Assembly (NCBI RefSeq): GCF_055900595.2
Contig: NZ_CM148325.1
Length of the DNA stretch: 64,000 nucleotides
Direction: 5' to 3' (one strand)
A program made the position numbers and the translations under genes. Below the pieces are notes generated by a model, which had not been told where the DNA came from, did no database searches, and was given only the letters and a program-made list of their open reading frames with translations. Positions 9,655 through 20,142 of this stretch are shown here, in pieces. Every line of letters starts with the position of its first letter. Position 1 is the stretch's first letter.

Positions 9655-11208
9655 ATGCAAATGATTACCTCGCGACAAAACAGATTATTACGATTCCTTC
9701 TACCACGAAGGGAATATACGACTATTGTTACGATTGCCGGCTATTTAAATGTTTCGGAAAAAACCATTCAACGTGATTTACGTTTACTTGAGCAATGGCT
9801 GGGGCAATGGAGAATAAATGTTGAGAAGCGTGCTGGCGCGGGTGTGATGTTAAGCGCGGAGAATATTGCTGATTTGCTGCATCTTGATCATTTGTTGGTG
9901 GCAGAATGTGAAGAGATTGATGGTGTAATGAATAATGCCAGGCGCGTTAAAATAGCGTCGCAGTTATTAAGTGAAACACCGAATGAAACGTCGATCAGTA
10001 AATTGTCAGAACGCTACTTTATCAGCGGAGCCTCTATTGTTAATGACCTGAGAGTAATTGAGTCCTGGCTTGCGCCGTTGGGGTTATCGTTGATCCGCAG
10101 CCCAAGTGGTACGCATATTGAAGGTAGTGAAGGGCAAGTCCGACAGGCAATGGCATTACTGATTAACGGCATTATTAACCATAATGAGCCGCAAGGTGTC
10201 GTGTATTCACGTCTGGATCCCGGAAGCTATAAAGCATTAGTCCATTATTTTGGAGAGGAAGAAGTGTTATTTGTCCAGTCATTGTTACTGGATATGGAAA
10301 ATGAATTAAGTTGGTCTTTGGGAGAACCTTATTACGTTAACATTTTTACTCACATCCTTATTATGATGTATCGCAACACGCACGGGAATGCGTTATCAAG
10401 AGAAGAAGATCAAACCAGGCAATATGATGAAAATATCTTTAATGTTGCCAGTCAGATGATTCATAAGATAGAACAACGAATTGCACATACATTGCCCGAT
10501 GATGAAGTCTGGTTTATTTATCAATATATCATTTCATCAGGTGTGGCGATTGATGGACAAAAAGATGTTAGCATTATTTCACATATGCAGGCCAGCAATG
10601 AAGCGCGTCTGATTACCTGGCGTTTAATTACGGTATTCAGTGACATCGTGGACTGCGATTTTAGTGAAGACAGCGCATTATATGATGGCTTGTTGGTTCA
10701 TATTAAGCCGCTGATTAACCGTTTAAATTATCGCATTCATATCCGTAATCCATTGCTGGAAGATATTAAAGCAGAATTAGCGGATGTCTGGCGGTTGACG
10801 CAATATGTGGTGAATCAGGTATTTAAAACCTGGGGTGAGAATGCAGTGAGCGAGGATGAAGTGGGTTACCTGACCGTTCATTTTCAGGCTGCGATGGAGC
10901 GGCAAATTGCCCGTAAACGTGTATTACTGGTCTGTTCAACCGGAATCGGAACTTCGCATCTACTGAAAAGCCGTATTCTGCGAGCATTTCCTGAATGGAC
11001 GATTGTTGATGTTATTTCAGCAGCGAATTTATCACAGGTTTTGCCTGACAATATCGAACTGATTATTTCGACCATTAATTTGCCTACAGTCACTATGCCG
11101 GTCGCTTATGTTACCGCTTTTTTTAATGATGCCGATATTAAGCGGGTCACTGAAATGGTGATTACGGAAAAATTACATCATGCGACGTCTCGGGTCGTTG
11201 AAATTTAA
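9655..11208 (+). CDS. PRD-containing PTS-regulated transcriptional activator (HTH + PRDs + EIIB-like domain), frz operon regulator
   Basis: 517 aa; N-terminal HTH (TIVTIAGYLNVSEKTIQRDLRLLEQW), central PRD-like region, C-terminal EIIB-like segment RVLLVCSTGIGTSHLLKSR. Confidence 0.8.
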   Translation: MQMITSRQNRLLRFLLPRREYTTIVTIAGYLNVSEKTIQRDLRLLEQWLGQWRINVEKRAGAGVMLSAENIADLLHLDHLLVAECEEIDGVMNNARRVKIASQLLSETPNETSISKLSERYFISGASIVNDLRVIESWLAPLGLSLIRSPSGTHIEGSEGQVRQAMALLINGIINHNEPQGVVYSRLDPGSYKALVHYFGEEEVLFVQSLLLDMENELSWSLGEPYYVNIFTHILIMMYRNTHGNALSREEDQTRQYDENIFNVASQMIHKIEQRIAHTLPDDEVWFIYQYIISSGVAIDGQKDVSIISHMQASNEARLITWRLITVFSDIVDCDFSEDSALYDGLLVHIKPLINRLNYRIHIRNPLLEDIKAELADVWRLTQYVVNQVFKTWGENAVSEDEVGYLTVHFQAAMERQIARKRVLLVCSTGIGTSHLLKSRILRAFPEWTIVDVISAANLSQVLPDNIELIISTINLPTVTMPVAYVTAFFNDADIKRVTEMVITEKLHHATSRVVEI

Positions 11209-11234
11209 TGTCAGAATTTTATGAGGTATGACGA

Positions 11235-11705
11235 ATGGACATAACAAAAATCCTGAATACGAATCGCGTTATTTTAGATATGCAAGCGACGAATAAAGCG
11301 GAGGCGATTGAAGAATTAACTAATCTTCTCAAAAAAGATGGTGCGATCGATTGTCGGGAAACCTTTATTAAAGATGTCTGGCAGCGCGAAGCGGAAGGCT
11401 CGACTGGTTTTGAAAATCATATTGCGATCCCGCATGGTAAATCTTCAGCTGTGATTAATACTACGCTGGCAATTGGCCGTACCCGGCAGGATATTCCCTG
11501 GGAAACGCTGGATGGCAGTAGCGTGCGCTGTATTATTTTATTTGCGGTACGTCTTGAAGATCAAAATACCACCCATATCCGTTTACTTTCCCAGGTCGCG
11601 GGCGCGCTGGCGGATGATGACATCATAGAACAATTGTTAGTTGAGACGAGTCCGCAAAAAATCATTGATCTCTTTAGTCAGTATGCACAATCCGATGTCT
11701 GCTAA
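11235..11705 (+). CDS. PTS fructose-family EIIA component
   Basis: 156 aa; EIIA(Fru/Mtl/Ntr) phosphorylation-site motif HIAIPHG. Confidence 0.8.
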   Translation: MDITKILNTNRVILDMQATNKAEAIEELTNLLKKDGAIDCRETFIKDVWQREAEGSTGFENHIAIPHGKSSAVINTTLAIGRTRQDIPWETLDGSSVRCIILFAVRLEDQNTTHIRLLSQVAGALADDDIIEQLLVETSPQKIIDLFSQYAQSDVC

Positions 11706-11722
11706 ATAACAGGGAGTATGTC

Positions 11723-12037
11723 ATGAATATTGTCTGTGTTGCCGCCTGTACGGCGGGTATTGCTCATACCTATATTGCTCGTGAAAAGTTAATCAAAGGA
11801 GCAAAAGCTCTGGGCCATACCATTAAAGTTGAAACCCAGGGAACCATTGGTACAGAAAATGAATTACAGGCGGCAGATATCTCTGCTGCTGACGTCGTGA
11901 TTCTTGCTGTAGATGTGAAAATAAAAGGAGAAGAACGCTTCACCAATAAACGTATTGTGCGAGTAAAGACAGAGATTGTCATTAAATCGCCCGTTCAATT
12001 TCTTGAAAAGGTCGAAAAATCACTGGGAAACAAATGA
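11723..12037 (+). CDS. PTS fructose-family EIIB component
   Basis: 104 aa; motif CTAGIAHTYIA matches fructose-type EIIB CxxGIAHT active-site Cys loop. Confidence 0.8.
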   Translation: MNIVCVAACTAGIAHTYIAREKLIKGAKALGHTIKVETQGTIGTENELQAADISAADVVILAVDVKIKGEERFTNKRIVRVKTEIVIKSPVQFLEKVEKSLGNK

Positions 12038-12061
12038 TCCTTATACTGGAGGGATCTTAAT

Positions 12062-13153
12062 ATGAAAGACAATAAAATTCCGGTTTCACAGGAAATTAAA
12101 AAACATTTATTAACCGGCATCTCGTGGATGATACCCCTTATTGTGGCCGCCGGGATATGTATTGCGTTGGGGCAAGTTCTTGGCGGTACAGATGTTGGTG
12201 AAAAAACAGGAACAATCCCGTGGATGCTTAATCAGATTGGCGGCTGGGGAATGGGGCTGATTGTGCCGCTGATTAGCGCGGCAATTGCCTATTCTATTGC
12301 CGATCGTCCTGGATTTGCCCCGGGCCTGATTGTCGGCTTTCTCTGCGGGCAAATCCATACCGGATTTATTGGCGGTATGTTGGGTGGTTTCCTGGTGGGC
12401 TACACCATTTTGCTACTTAAACGCTATATCCGCCTGCCGCAGTCGATGCAAGGACTCATGCCAATCATGGTGTTGCCGGTATTAAGCACCATTATCGGTG
12501 GGCTGTTAATGATGACGCTGATTGGTAAACCCATCGCCTGGTTACAAGAAGCACTGATTCATTTGCTCGAGTCGATGCAGGGCGGATCGCGCTTCCTGAT
12601 GGGGGCCATACTTGGCGCGATGGCAACCTTCGATTTCGGTGGTCCGGTAAATAAAACAATGTCGTTGTTTTCCGATGGCTTGCTGGTCAGCGGCGTCTAT
12701 GGGCCAGAAGCCGTGAAATTTGTCGGCTCAATCATCCCTCCGTTTGGCATCACACTTTCGTTCTTACTGACACGCCATAAATACACCCGTGCGGAGCGCG
12801 AGGCGCTGAAAGCCGCGTTTCCGATGGGGATCTGCATGATCACTGAAGGAGTCATTCCAATCGCCGCGCGTGACTTGCTGCGAGTGGTGGGATCTTGTGT
12901 GGTGGCTTCTGCGGTAGCTGGCGGCTTGATCATGGTGTGGGGCGTGGAGAGTCCGGTTCCGCATGGCGGCCTGTTTGTTGTGCCTTTGTTCACCCATCCT
13001 CTGCTGTTTTGCCTGGCGCTGGGTATAGGCACGGTGATTTGTGGCGTGATGCTTTCACTCTGGAAGAAACCGGTAACGGAACGTGACGAAGAGTTTGACG
13101 AACTGAGCGATCAAAAGCTGAAAGATGAAGAGATCACTTTCACCCTCGAATAA
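12062..13153 (+). CDS. PTS fructose-family EIIC permease
   Basis: 363 aa polytopic membrane protein directly after EIIA/EIIB genes. Confidence 0.8.
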   Translation: MKDNKIPVSQEIKKHLLTGISWMIPLIVAAGICIALGQVLGGTDVGEKTGTIPWMLNQIGGWGMGLIVPLISAAIAYSIADRPGFAPGLIVGFLCGQIHTGFIGGMLGGFLVGYTILLLKRYIRLPQSMQGLMPIMVLPVLSTIIGGLLMMTLIGKPIAWLQEALIHLLESMQGGSRFLMGAILGAMATFDFGGPVNKTMSLFSDGLLVSGVYGPEAVKFVGSIIPPFGITLSFLLTRHKYTRAEREALKAAFPMGICMITEGVIPIAARDLLRVVGSCVVASAVAGGLIMVWGVESPVPHGGLFVVPLFTHPLLFCLALGIGTVICGVMLSLWKKPVTERDEEFDELSDQKLKDEEITFTLE

Positions 13154-13164
13154 CCGGAGGCCCT

Positions 13165-14016
13165 ATGTTTGCCGATATGAAAAGTATGGTGATGAAAGCC
13201 TGGCATGAACATTACGCCTTGCTGGCGATCAACTGTATGAATCTGGAAAGTGCTCACGCAGCTATCCGCGTGGCGGAGAAGAATCGCGCTCCGATCATTC
13301 TCAATCTCTATCAGGGGCATCTGGCGCATTTTCCTGCACCCGTCGCGGCGGCAGTGGTTAAAACGCTCGCGGAATCTGCCTCAGTACCGGTCGCTCTGGC
13401 GCTTGATCATGGCAAAAATCCGGACTGTATTCGTCAGGCGTTTCGTGCTGGTTTCAGCGGATTAATGATTGATGCTTCTGCTTTTCCCCTGGAGGAAAAC
13501 GTGCGCCAGACCAGGGCGGTGGTGGAACTCGCCGCCGGCGCGCAGCTCTGCGTGGAAGGCGAACTGGGCCATCTGGCAGATGCGCCGCGTTACGACCAGG
13601 CCACCAATGCCGACCTGATGACGCAACCCACTGATGTGGAAACGTTTATCGCGCAGACAGGCATTGATCTACTGGCCGTCTCGGTAGGCACGGCGCACGG
13701 CATGTACGCGCCTGGTGTTGTACCTGCTATTGATTTTCAGCGTCTGGCGGAGATTTTCCACTGCTCGAGCGTGCCTCTGGCATTACATGGCGGTAGCGGT
13801 ACGCCGTTCGATCAGCTCCAGCTCTGTACGACGCTGGGGGTAGCAAAAATCAACGTGGGGGCGGCCATTTTTGAACGGGGGAAATCCGCGCTCCTGCATA
13901 CCCTCTGTCACGATATATCCATTGAACTGGTGGACGCGCTGAAAGCTATGGAACTGGCCTTCGAAGAAGCGGTTACACCGTATTTACAGGCGAGCGGCTC
14001 TATCGGCAAAGCCTGA
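13165..14016 (+). CDS. class II ketose-bisphosphate aldolase (GatY/KbaY/FbaA family), paralogue 1
   Basis: 283 aa; class II aldolase signature region ...LALDHGKN... and GxxxGxxKINV-type C-terminal pattern. Confidence 0.8.
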   Translation: MFADMKSMVMKAWHEHYALLAINCMNLESAHAAIRVAEKNRAPIILNLYQGHLAHFPAPVAAAVVKTLAESASVPVALALDHGKNPDCIRQAFRAGFSGLMIDASAFPLEENVRQTRAVVELAAGAQLCVEGELGHLADAPRYDQATNADLMTQPTDVETFIAQTGIDLLAVSVGTAHGMYAPGVVPAIDFQRLAEIFHCSSVPLALHGGSGTPFDQLQLCTTLGVAKINVGAAIFERGKSALLHTLCHDISIELVDALKAMELAFEEAVTPYLQASGSIGKA

Positions 14017-14096
14017 TTCATTTTCTGTCATGGCCTTTATGCCAGTGCAATAACGCACCGGCAGGGCGGACTACACGCTGAAACTGGAGATTTAAC

Positions 14097-14957
14097 ATGT
14101 TAGTTTCGATGAAAGAATTACTGCAACCTACCCGCCAGCACGGCTTTGCCATTGGCGCATTTAATGTGGCGGATAACTGTTTCCTTCGCGCAGTCGTGGA
14201 TGAAGCAGAAGCGACAAATACTCCGGCGATTATTGCTATCCATCCCAGCGAACATGATTTTGTGGGCGATGCCTTTTTCGCTCACGTTCGCGAAATCACG
14301 CAGCGTAGTCCGGTGCCGTTTGTGCTGCACCTCGATCATGGCGCCTCTGTGGAGCACGTTTTGCGGGCGATTCGCTGTGGATTTACCTCGGTGATGATCG
14401 ACGGTTCGCTGCTGCCGTATGAAGAGAACGTGGCGCTGACCGCAGAAGTGGTTCGCCTGGCTCATGCGGTTGGCGTGTCGGTTGAGGGTGAGCTGGGGAC
14501 CATCGGACAAACAGGAACGTCAGTGGAAGGTGGAGTTTCACAAGTGACCTACACTGACCCGGCGCAAGCCGCCGATTTTATTGCTCGTACAGGGGCCGAC
14601 ACACTGGCGGTAGCGATTGGTACGGCACACGGCATCTATCCGAAAGGGATGCAGCCGAAGCTGCAAATGGACATTTTGCGCGACATTGCCGGGCGCATTG
14701 ATATTCCATTGGTGTTGCACGGTGGTTCGGCAAACCCGGACGCGGAGATTGCTGAATCCGTTACGCTCGGCGTTGGCAAAATCAATATCTCCAGCGATAT
14801 GAAATACGCCTATTTCCAGAAAGTGCGTGAAATTCTCGCTAAAGAGAGCTGGTGGGACCCGAACGTCATCTATCCGGATGCGATTAGCGCGGCGCGGGAA
14901 GTCATTCGCCACAAAATGAAACTGTTCGGTTCGCTCGGTAAAGCATCACTGTACTAA
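14097..14957 (+). CDS. class II ketose-bisphosphate aldolase (GatY/KbaY/FbaA family), paralogue 2
   Basis: 286 aa; motifs HLDHGAS, LVLHGGS, KINISSD typical of zinc-dependent class II aldolases. Confidence 0.8.
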   Translation: MLVSMKELLQPTRQHGFAIGAFNVADNCFLRAVVDEAEATNTPAIIAIHPSEHDFVGDAFFAHVREITQRSPVPFVLHLDHGASVEHVLRAIRCGFTSVMIDGSLLPYEENVALTAEVVRLAHAVGVSVEGELGTIGQTGTSVEGGVSQVTYTDPAQAADFIARTGADTLAVAIGTAHGIYPKGMQPKLQMDILRDIAGRIDIPLVLHGGSANPDAEIAESVTLGVGKINISSDMKYAYFQKVREILAKESWWDPNVIYPDAISAAREVIRHKMKLFGSLGKASLY

Positions 14958-15004
14958 GCCAGAAGGGCGGGGTGACCCGCCTTTTACGCAACAAGGAACG
15001 AGAT

Positions 15005-15937
15005 ATGCACTATCTGGGGTTGGATATTGGTGGGACCAAAATCGCCGCCGTCGTCATGGATGCGCATGGCTGGGAGATTCGCCGTTACCGCTGCCCGACG
15101 CAAAAGTCGACATATCAACAATTTGTCTCATGCGTTGTGGCGCTTATCGAGCAGATTAGGCGGGACGTTCAACGACCGATGCTGACAGGGATCGCCTTAC
15201 CCGGCAGTATCTCGCCACTCACTGGCCTGATTAAAAATGCGAATATTCAGGTGATTAACGGTCATGCGTTACAGGCTGATTTGCAGCAATTGCTTGGGCA
15301 ACCGGTGGTGATAGCCAATGATGGTAACTGTTTCGCGCTATCAGAAGCTTGCGACGGTGCCGGGCAAGATTATGATGTGGTATTTGGTATTACGCTTGGC
15401 ACTGGCTGCGGCGGTGGCATTGCCATCAAGCAACGACCGTTTATAGGGGCCTGGGGAAATGCTGCCGAATGCGGTCATATCACGTTGCCAGGCTATACGG
15501 AGCAGGAAGATGGTCCATCAGTCAGTTGCTATTGCGGCAAACACAACTGCGTGGAGTCGTTTGTTTCCGGCAGCGGTTTTAGTGAACGCTATCAACAGAT
15601 GACTGGTAACTTGCTCATTCCTGCGGCGATTGTCACCCTGGCACAACGTGGTGATGCTTGTGCCATGCAGCAGGTGGCACGTTTTCGCCAACAGCTTGCC
15701 CGCACGCTGGCAACCATCGTTAACGTTGTTGACCCTGGCGTGATTGTGATCGGCGGCGGGCTTTCGAATGTGGAACTGCTTATCACCGATCTGAACGCAG
15801 AAGTCGCTCCACTGGTTTTCACCGATCAATTCACCACTCCCATTGTAAAAGCGCAGCACGGCGACAGTAGCGGAATGCGTGGCGCTGCCTGGCTTGCTAT
15901 GCGCAACGGAGAAGCCAATGAAACGCTCACAAATTAA
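15005..15937 (+). CDS. ROK-family sugar kinase
   Basis: Start taken at MHYLGLDIGGTKI (ATP-binding DxGGT motif); Cys-rich zinc motif CYCGKHNC characteristic of ROK kinases. Confidence 0.75.
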   Translation: MHYLGLDIGGTKIAAVVMDAHGWEIRRYRCPTQKSTYQQFVSCVVALIEQIRRDVQRPMLTGIALPGSISPLTGLIKNANIQVINGHALQADLQQLLGQPVVIANDGNCFALSEACDGAGQDYDVVFGITLGTGCGGGIAIKQRPFIGAWGNAAECGHITLPGYTEQEDGPSVSCYCGKHNCVESFVSGSGFSERYQQMTGNLLIPAAIVTLAQRGDACAMQQVARFRQQLARTLATIVNVVDPGVIVIGGGLSNVELLITDLNAEVAPLVFTDQFTTPIVKAQHGDSSGMRGAAWLAMRNGEANETLTN

Positions 15938-16598
15938 TTATGTTATTGATAAAGCACATGCCATTGCGCAGACCTTCCGCGTTTGTTTGCCAGAGTTCGC
16001 CTATTTTACGGTGGATGACTGGCTGCAGCGGGAACGGGATAACTGGCAAGAAGTAGTCGACTTACAGCTCGGTTGGGATATCACCGATTTTGGTCGTGGT
16101 GATTTCAACCAAACGGGACTAACACTGCTAACGATGCGCAACGGCGCGCTGGGGTCGGCGGCATATCCAAAACCGTATGCTGAGAAAATGTTGCAGATCC
16201 AACAAGATCAGCAGACTCCCTGGCATTTTCACACCCACAAAATGGAAGATATCCTCAATCGGGGCGGTGGAGACTTATGCATGCAGTTGGCCTGGGCCAA
16301 CGAAGCCAATCTCTGTGATGATCAACGAGTCATTACCGTGAGTGTTGATGGTCAGCGGCGTACCATGAAACCTGGTGAAACGCTGGTGCTAAAGCCGGGG
16401 CAGGGCATTTGCCTGCCGCCGCGTCTGTATCATCGCTTCTGGGCGGAAAAAGCGTTTGTTCTCGGCTGGGAAATTTCGATGGTAAATGATGACCAACACG
16501 ATAATTATTTTCTTGAGCCGGGAGGACGTTTTCCGGCGATAGAAGAAGATGAACCGGTGAAATGGTTATTGTGCAGTGAGTATGGAATTTTGCGCTAA
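15918..16598 (+). CDS. cupin-superfamily sugar isomerase (D-lyxose/D-mannose isomerase-like)
   Basis: About 226 aa from MKRSQINYV; His-containing cupin motifs (WHFHTHKMEDI); overlaps the end of the kinase gene by about 20 nt, suggesting translational coupling. Confidence 0.6.
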   Translation: MKRSQINYVIDKAHAIAQTFRVCLPEFAYFTVDDWLQRERDNWQEVVDLQLGWDITDFGRGDFNQTGLTLLTMRNGALGSAAYPKPYAEKMLQIQQDQQTPWHFHTHKMEDILNRGGGDLCMQLAWANEANLCDDQRVITVSVDGQRRTMKPGETLVLKPGQGICLPPRLYHRFWAEKAFVLGWEISMVNDDQHDNYFLEPGGRFPAIEEDEPVKWLLCSEYGILR

Positions 16599-16607
16599 TA
16601 ACGGGGA

Positions 16608-16645
16608 ACGCTAGCGCTGATATCCGCTAGCGTCCTTATTTTTAC
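16608..16645 (+). terminator. rho-independent terminator of the frz operon
   Basis: Perfect 9-bp stem ACGCTAGCG / CGCTAGCGT with 8-nt loop followed by CCTTATTTTT. Confidence 0.5.
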
Positions 16646-18351
16646 TGCACCGGCTCCGTCGACGTAACTTCACCACTGGAAACTGCGCCCGCATTCATGG
16701 TTTGAGTCACTTGCTGCTTTGTGGCATTCACGGCATGCAATTGCCCGCTAACCGTAGGTTTCAGCGGGACATTGACCTGAATATCGCCACTGGCGGTAAG
16801 CTGAATATTGCCGTCGCCAGTCAACGGTAGTTCAGGCCATCCCCACTGTTGCAAAATATTCACCGGCACACCGCGTCCATTCAGGCTGATATGGGTCTGA
16901 CGTTGTGGCGTTTGTGAAACACTGGCGGTGGCTTCCAGAATGCCTTTTTCAGTAAATGCACTCAGTTCGCTGATATTCACCGTGCTGCTGTTGGCAGTTA
17001 GCGCCAGCGACGGACGACGGACATCAACACGATTAAACGTTGCGGCGGCGGCATTCAGATTCGCCGAGCCACTCCAGACGCCCCATTTATGATCGGTAAC
17101 CAGCGTCAGATTGGCACCGTAACCATCGAGCGCGGTGAGCTGCCACGGGAAGTCAGGGTCGATATCAATGATCAGATTGCGGCTGGCGCTAAATCTCTTC
17201 AGTTGCAGGCTGTTTAACCAACCGGGTGTCGTTTCCATCCACAACTGTTGCCAGTTTTTTGGCAAGGTATATTCCAGTCCGGCAATTGCCGCATCATCAA
17301 GGATCAACATTTTCCCGTCACGCAACCAGTTCCCTGACGTTCTGACCATGCCCCCTTCCCAGCGGCTGGTGAACTGGCGCAGTGCTACGCCCTGCGGGGA
17401 AAATTCCGCGTTTATAATCGGGTCAAATAAATGCAGCGAACCATAAATGAACTCGCTGGCGTTCATCGACAGTTTGCCTTCCTGTGTCTGCCAGTCATCT
17501 TTACTGAAGGTCATGTTGCGCAAGCTGAGATCGAGGTCGGTCACCGCCCAGTCCGGACCTTGCAGACGAGCGTCAATGACTTCCAGGCGACCAATCTGCA
17601 ACGACGGGACAGAGCGTAATGGCGCAAAGAAGTCGGTTAGCGATTTTTCGCTTTGTAGACGGATATCCGCCAGCCGCAGATTTTCCACTTGCCAGCTGCC
17701 GTCGGCGTTACGCTGCGCGTTTCCGGTTAATGTCCCGCGGGCGATGTCGGCACCCAGGTTAGTCAGCGTAACGCGATCGTTATCAATACTGCCTTCAATC
17801 AGTACATTGGTGGCAGGAACATCATTGAGCGAAAGCGATCCGGCACTAAACTGAATCTGCGCCTTCGTACCCAGCACTTTACCGGCTTCTGGTGACCACG
17901 GAACCACGCCACCATTTACCCGCTGCGCGCTCAGTTTCCATTCGCTATTCGGGCTATTAAACGCCATATCACGCAGTTGCAGACGATCGGCTTTGAACGG
18001 TAGCGGCGCGGTCTGGTCGGTGAGATTCAGCGTCCCGTTTTCCAGTAGGATGGTATCGACATGGCGTGGTTCGGTCAGTTGGCGACTGCTTAGCGCAATG
18101 TCGACACTTTTTGCCACCAGGGTCGCGGGCTGACCATCACGACCAAACGTGACGTTCTCCAGCACGATATGAGATGGCGCGGAAAAACGGTGATCCATCG
18201 CCCCGAAGGCCAGATGATAGTCGCTATTCTCGGAAACCCATGCGCTGATATGTTCTGCTCCCCAGCGGGTTTGCAGAAGAAAATAGAGGCCAGCGATCAC
18301 CACTAACAGAGCGATGAGAATGTAGAGAAGCAGCTTCCCAATAAATTTCAT
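16642..18351 (-). CDS. yicH: AsmA-family outer-membrane assembly protein
   Basis: 569 aa from MKFIGKLLLYILIALLVV (N-terminal membrane anchor); AsmA-like long beta-rich protein; K-12 synteny. Confidence 0.85.
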   Translation of the reverse strand: MKFIGKLLLYILIALLVVIAGLYFLLQTRWGAEHISAWVSENSDYHLAFGAMDHRFSAPSHIVLENVTFGRDGQPATLVAKSVDIALSSRQLTEPRHVDTILLENGTLNLTDQTAPLPFKADRLQLRDMAFNSPNSEWKLSAQRVNGGVVPWSPEAGKVLGTKAQIQFSAGSLSLNDVPATNVLIEGSIDNDRVTLTNLGADIARGTLTGNAQRNADGSWQVENLRLADIRLQSEKSLTDFFAPLRSVPSLQIGRLEVIDARLQGPDWAVTDLDLSLRNMTFSKDDWQTQEGKLSMNASEFIYGSLHLFDPIINAEFSPQGVALRQFTSRWEGGMVRTSGNWLRDGKMLILDDAAIAGLEYTLPKNWQQLWMETTPGWLNSLQLKRFSASRNLIIDIDPDFPWQLTALDGYGANLTLVTDHKWGVWSGSANLNAAAATFNRVDVRRPSLALTANSSTVNISELSAFTEKGILEATASVSQTPQRQTHISLNGRGVPVNILQQWGWPELPLTGDGNIQLTASGDIQVNVPLKPTVSGQLHAVNATKQQVTQTMNAGAVSSGEVTSTEPVQ

Positions 18352-18471
18352 GGTCTTCCATCCCGTGAAATGCACATAAGGGAGTTATGCACGATTTACG
18401 CGCAATCCTCAAGGCGGGAATGGTGAAAGAGGTGAGACTGCGGCGGTAATTATCTTACCGCCGCCAGTGAA

Positions 18472-19863
18472 TTACTGTTTTTCTGGTGGGAAAATCAGAT
18501 TCAGCACGATGGCAGTAATACCGCCCGCGGCGATCCCGGAGGAGAGCAGGTTTTTCAGCCATTCAGGGGCAAACTGCAAAATCAGCGGCTGCTGAGACAC
18601 GCCCAGACCGACCGCCAGCGACAGCGCGATAATCAGAATCGCCCGACGGTTCAGCGGCTCACGAGAAACGATACGCACACCGGAGGCGGCGATGGTGCCA
18701 AACATTACAAGCGTTGCGCCGCCCAGAACCGGTTCTGGAATGTGTTGTACAAAACCACTCACTGCCGGGAACAGGCCCAGCACGATCAACATCAGTGCGA
18801 CGACAAAACCGACATAGCGGCTGGCAACTCCGGTCAACTGGATCACTCCGTTGTTCTGTCCGAAGCAGGAGTTAGGGAAGGTGTTAAACACCGCCGAGAC
18901 AAACGAGTTCAGGCCGTTTGCCAGCACGCCGCCTTTCAGGCGTTTCATGTACAGCGGACCGGACACTGGCTGTTCGGAAACGTCAGAGGTCGCCGTGATA
19001 TCGCCAATGGTTTCCAGCGAAGTGATCATAAAGACCAGCATCAGCGGTAGCAGCAGACTCCATTCAATGCCAAGACCGTAATAGAGCGGCGTTGGCACCA
19101 TAATCAGTTCTTGCGTCATCGGTTCGTTGCTTTCTGGCAACATGCCCATAAACCACGCCAGCGCATATCCTGCCGCCATCGCAATCACCAGTGAAGCCAC
19201 GCGCAAATATGGGTTACGCTGACGGTTAAGCAGGATAATTAAGGCCAAGACCACGCCTGCCAGCAACAGATTTTTCGGTGCGCCGAAGGTGTTATCGCTC
19301 ATGGCTGCGTAACCGCCGCCAATGGATGTTAGCCCAACCTGAATCAGTGACAGGCCGATAATCATCACCACAACGCCAGAAACCAGCGGCGTAATAATGC
19401 GGCGCGCCAGATGCAGAACGCGGGAGATCACCATCTCAGTGCAACTTGCCAGCATCAGCGTGCCGAACAAAGCCGCCATCATGGTAGGAACATCAGCACC
19501 ACCAGTCTTAAGCGCTGTACCGCCCATAATCAGCGGGGCAACAAAGTTGAAGCTGGTGCCCTGAATAGACAACAGCCCGGAGCCAACCGGACCCCAGGCC
19601 TTAATTTGAATAATCGACGCCACACCGGAGGCAAACAGCGACATACTAATAATGTGTTGCGTGTCTTGTGCCGGTAAACCCAGCGCCTGGCAGATTAATA
19701 GCGCTGGCGTGATCACCGCAACGAACATCGCCAGCAGATGCTGACAGGCGGCAAACAGAGTTTGAGGAAGCGGCGGACGATCTTCAAGACGGTAAATCAG
19801 TTCGCTGTTTTGAGTCTGCGCAACCGGTTGCGCATTTTCTGACTCGAGGGTGGAAACAGACAT
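18472..19863 (-). CDS. xanP: xanthine permease, NCS2 family
   Basis: About 463 aa polytopic transporter with NCS2 pattern; adjacent to gltS as in K-12. Confidence 0.85.
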
Positions 19864-20142
19864 CGAAAACAATCCCGTGGTAGCAAAGCGGGCATTTTAG
19901 CTGACCGAAAGAGAAAAGCAAACGTTTGCCACGGCCTCTGCTAAATATTTAAATGAGATAAATGCACTTTTTTATATAACTTTTGGTATTTTTCTGCTTA
20001 AAATCCATGCCATTTGTTCATTAACAGCTGAGAATTTGACCCAGGAAAGCATGACTCGATACCCGTCATATTTCATGAAGGTGCCACTGCGCGATGAAGT
20101 ATGACGAGTATGAAAGAGTGATGCGGATACAAAGGAGTAACT

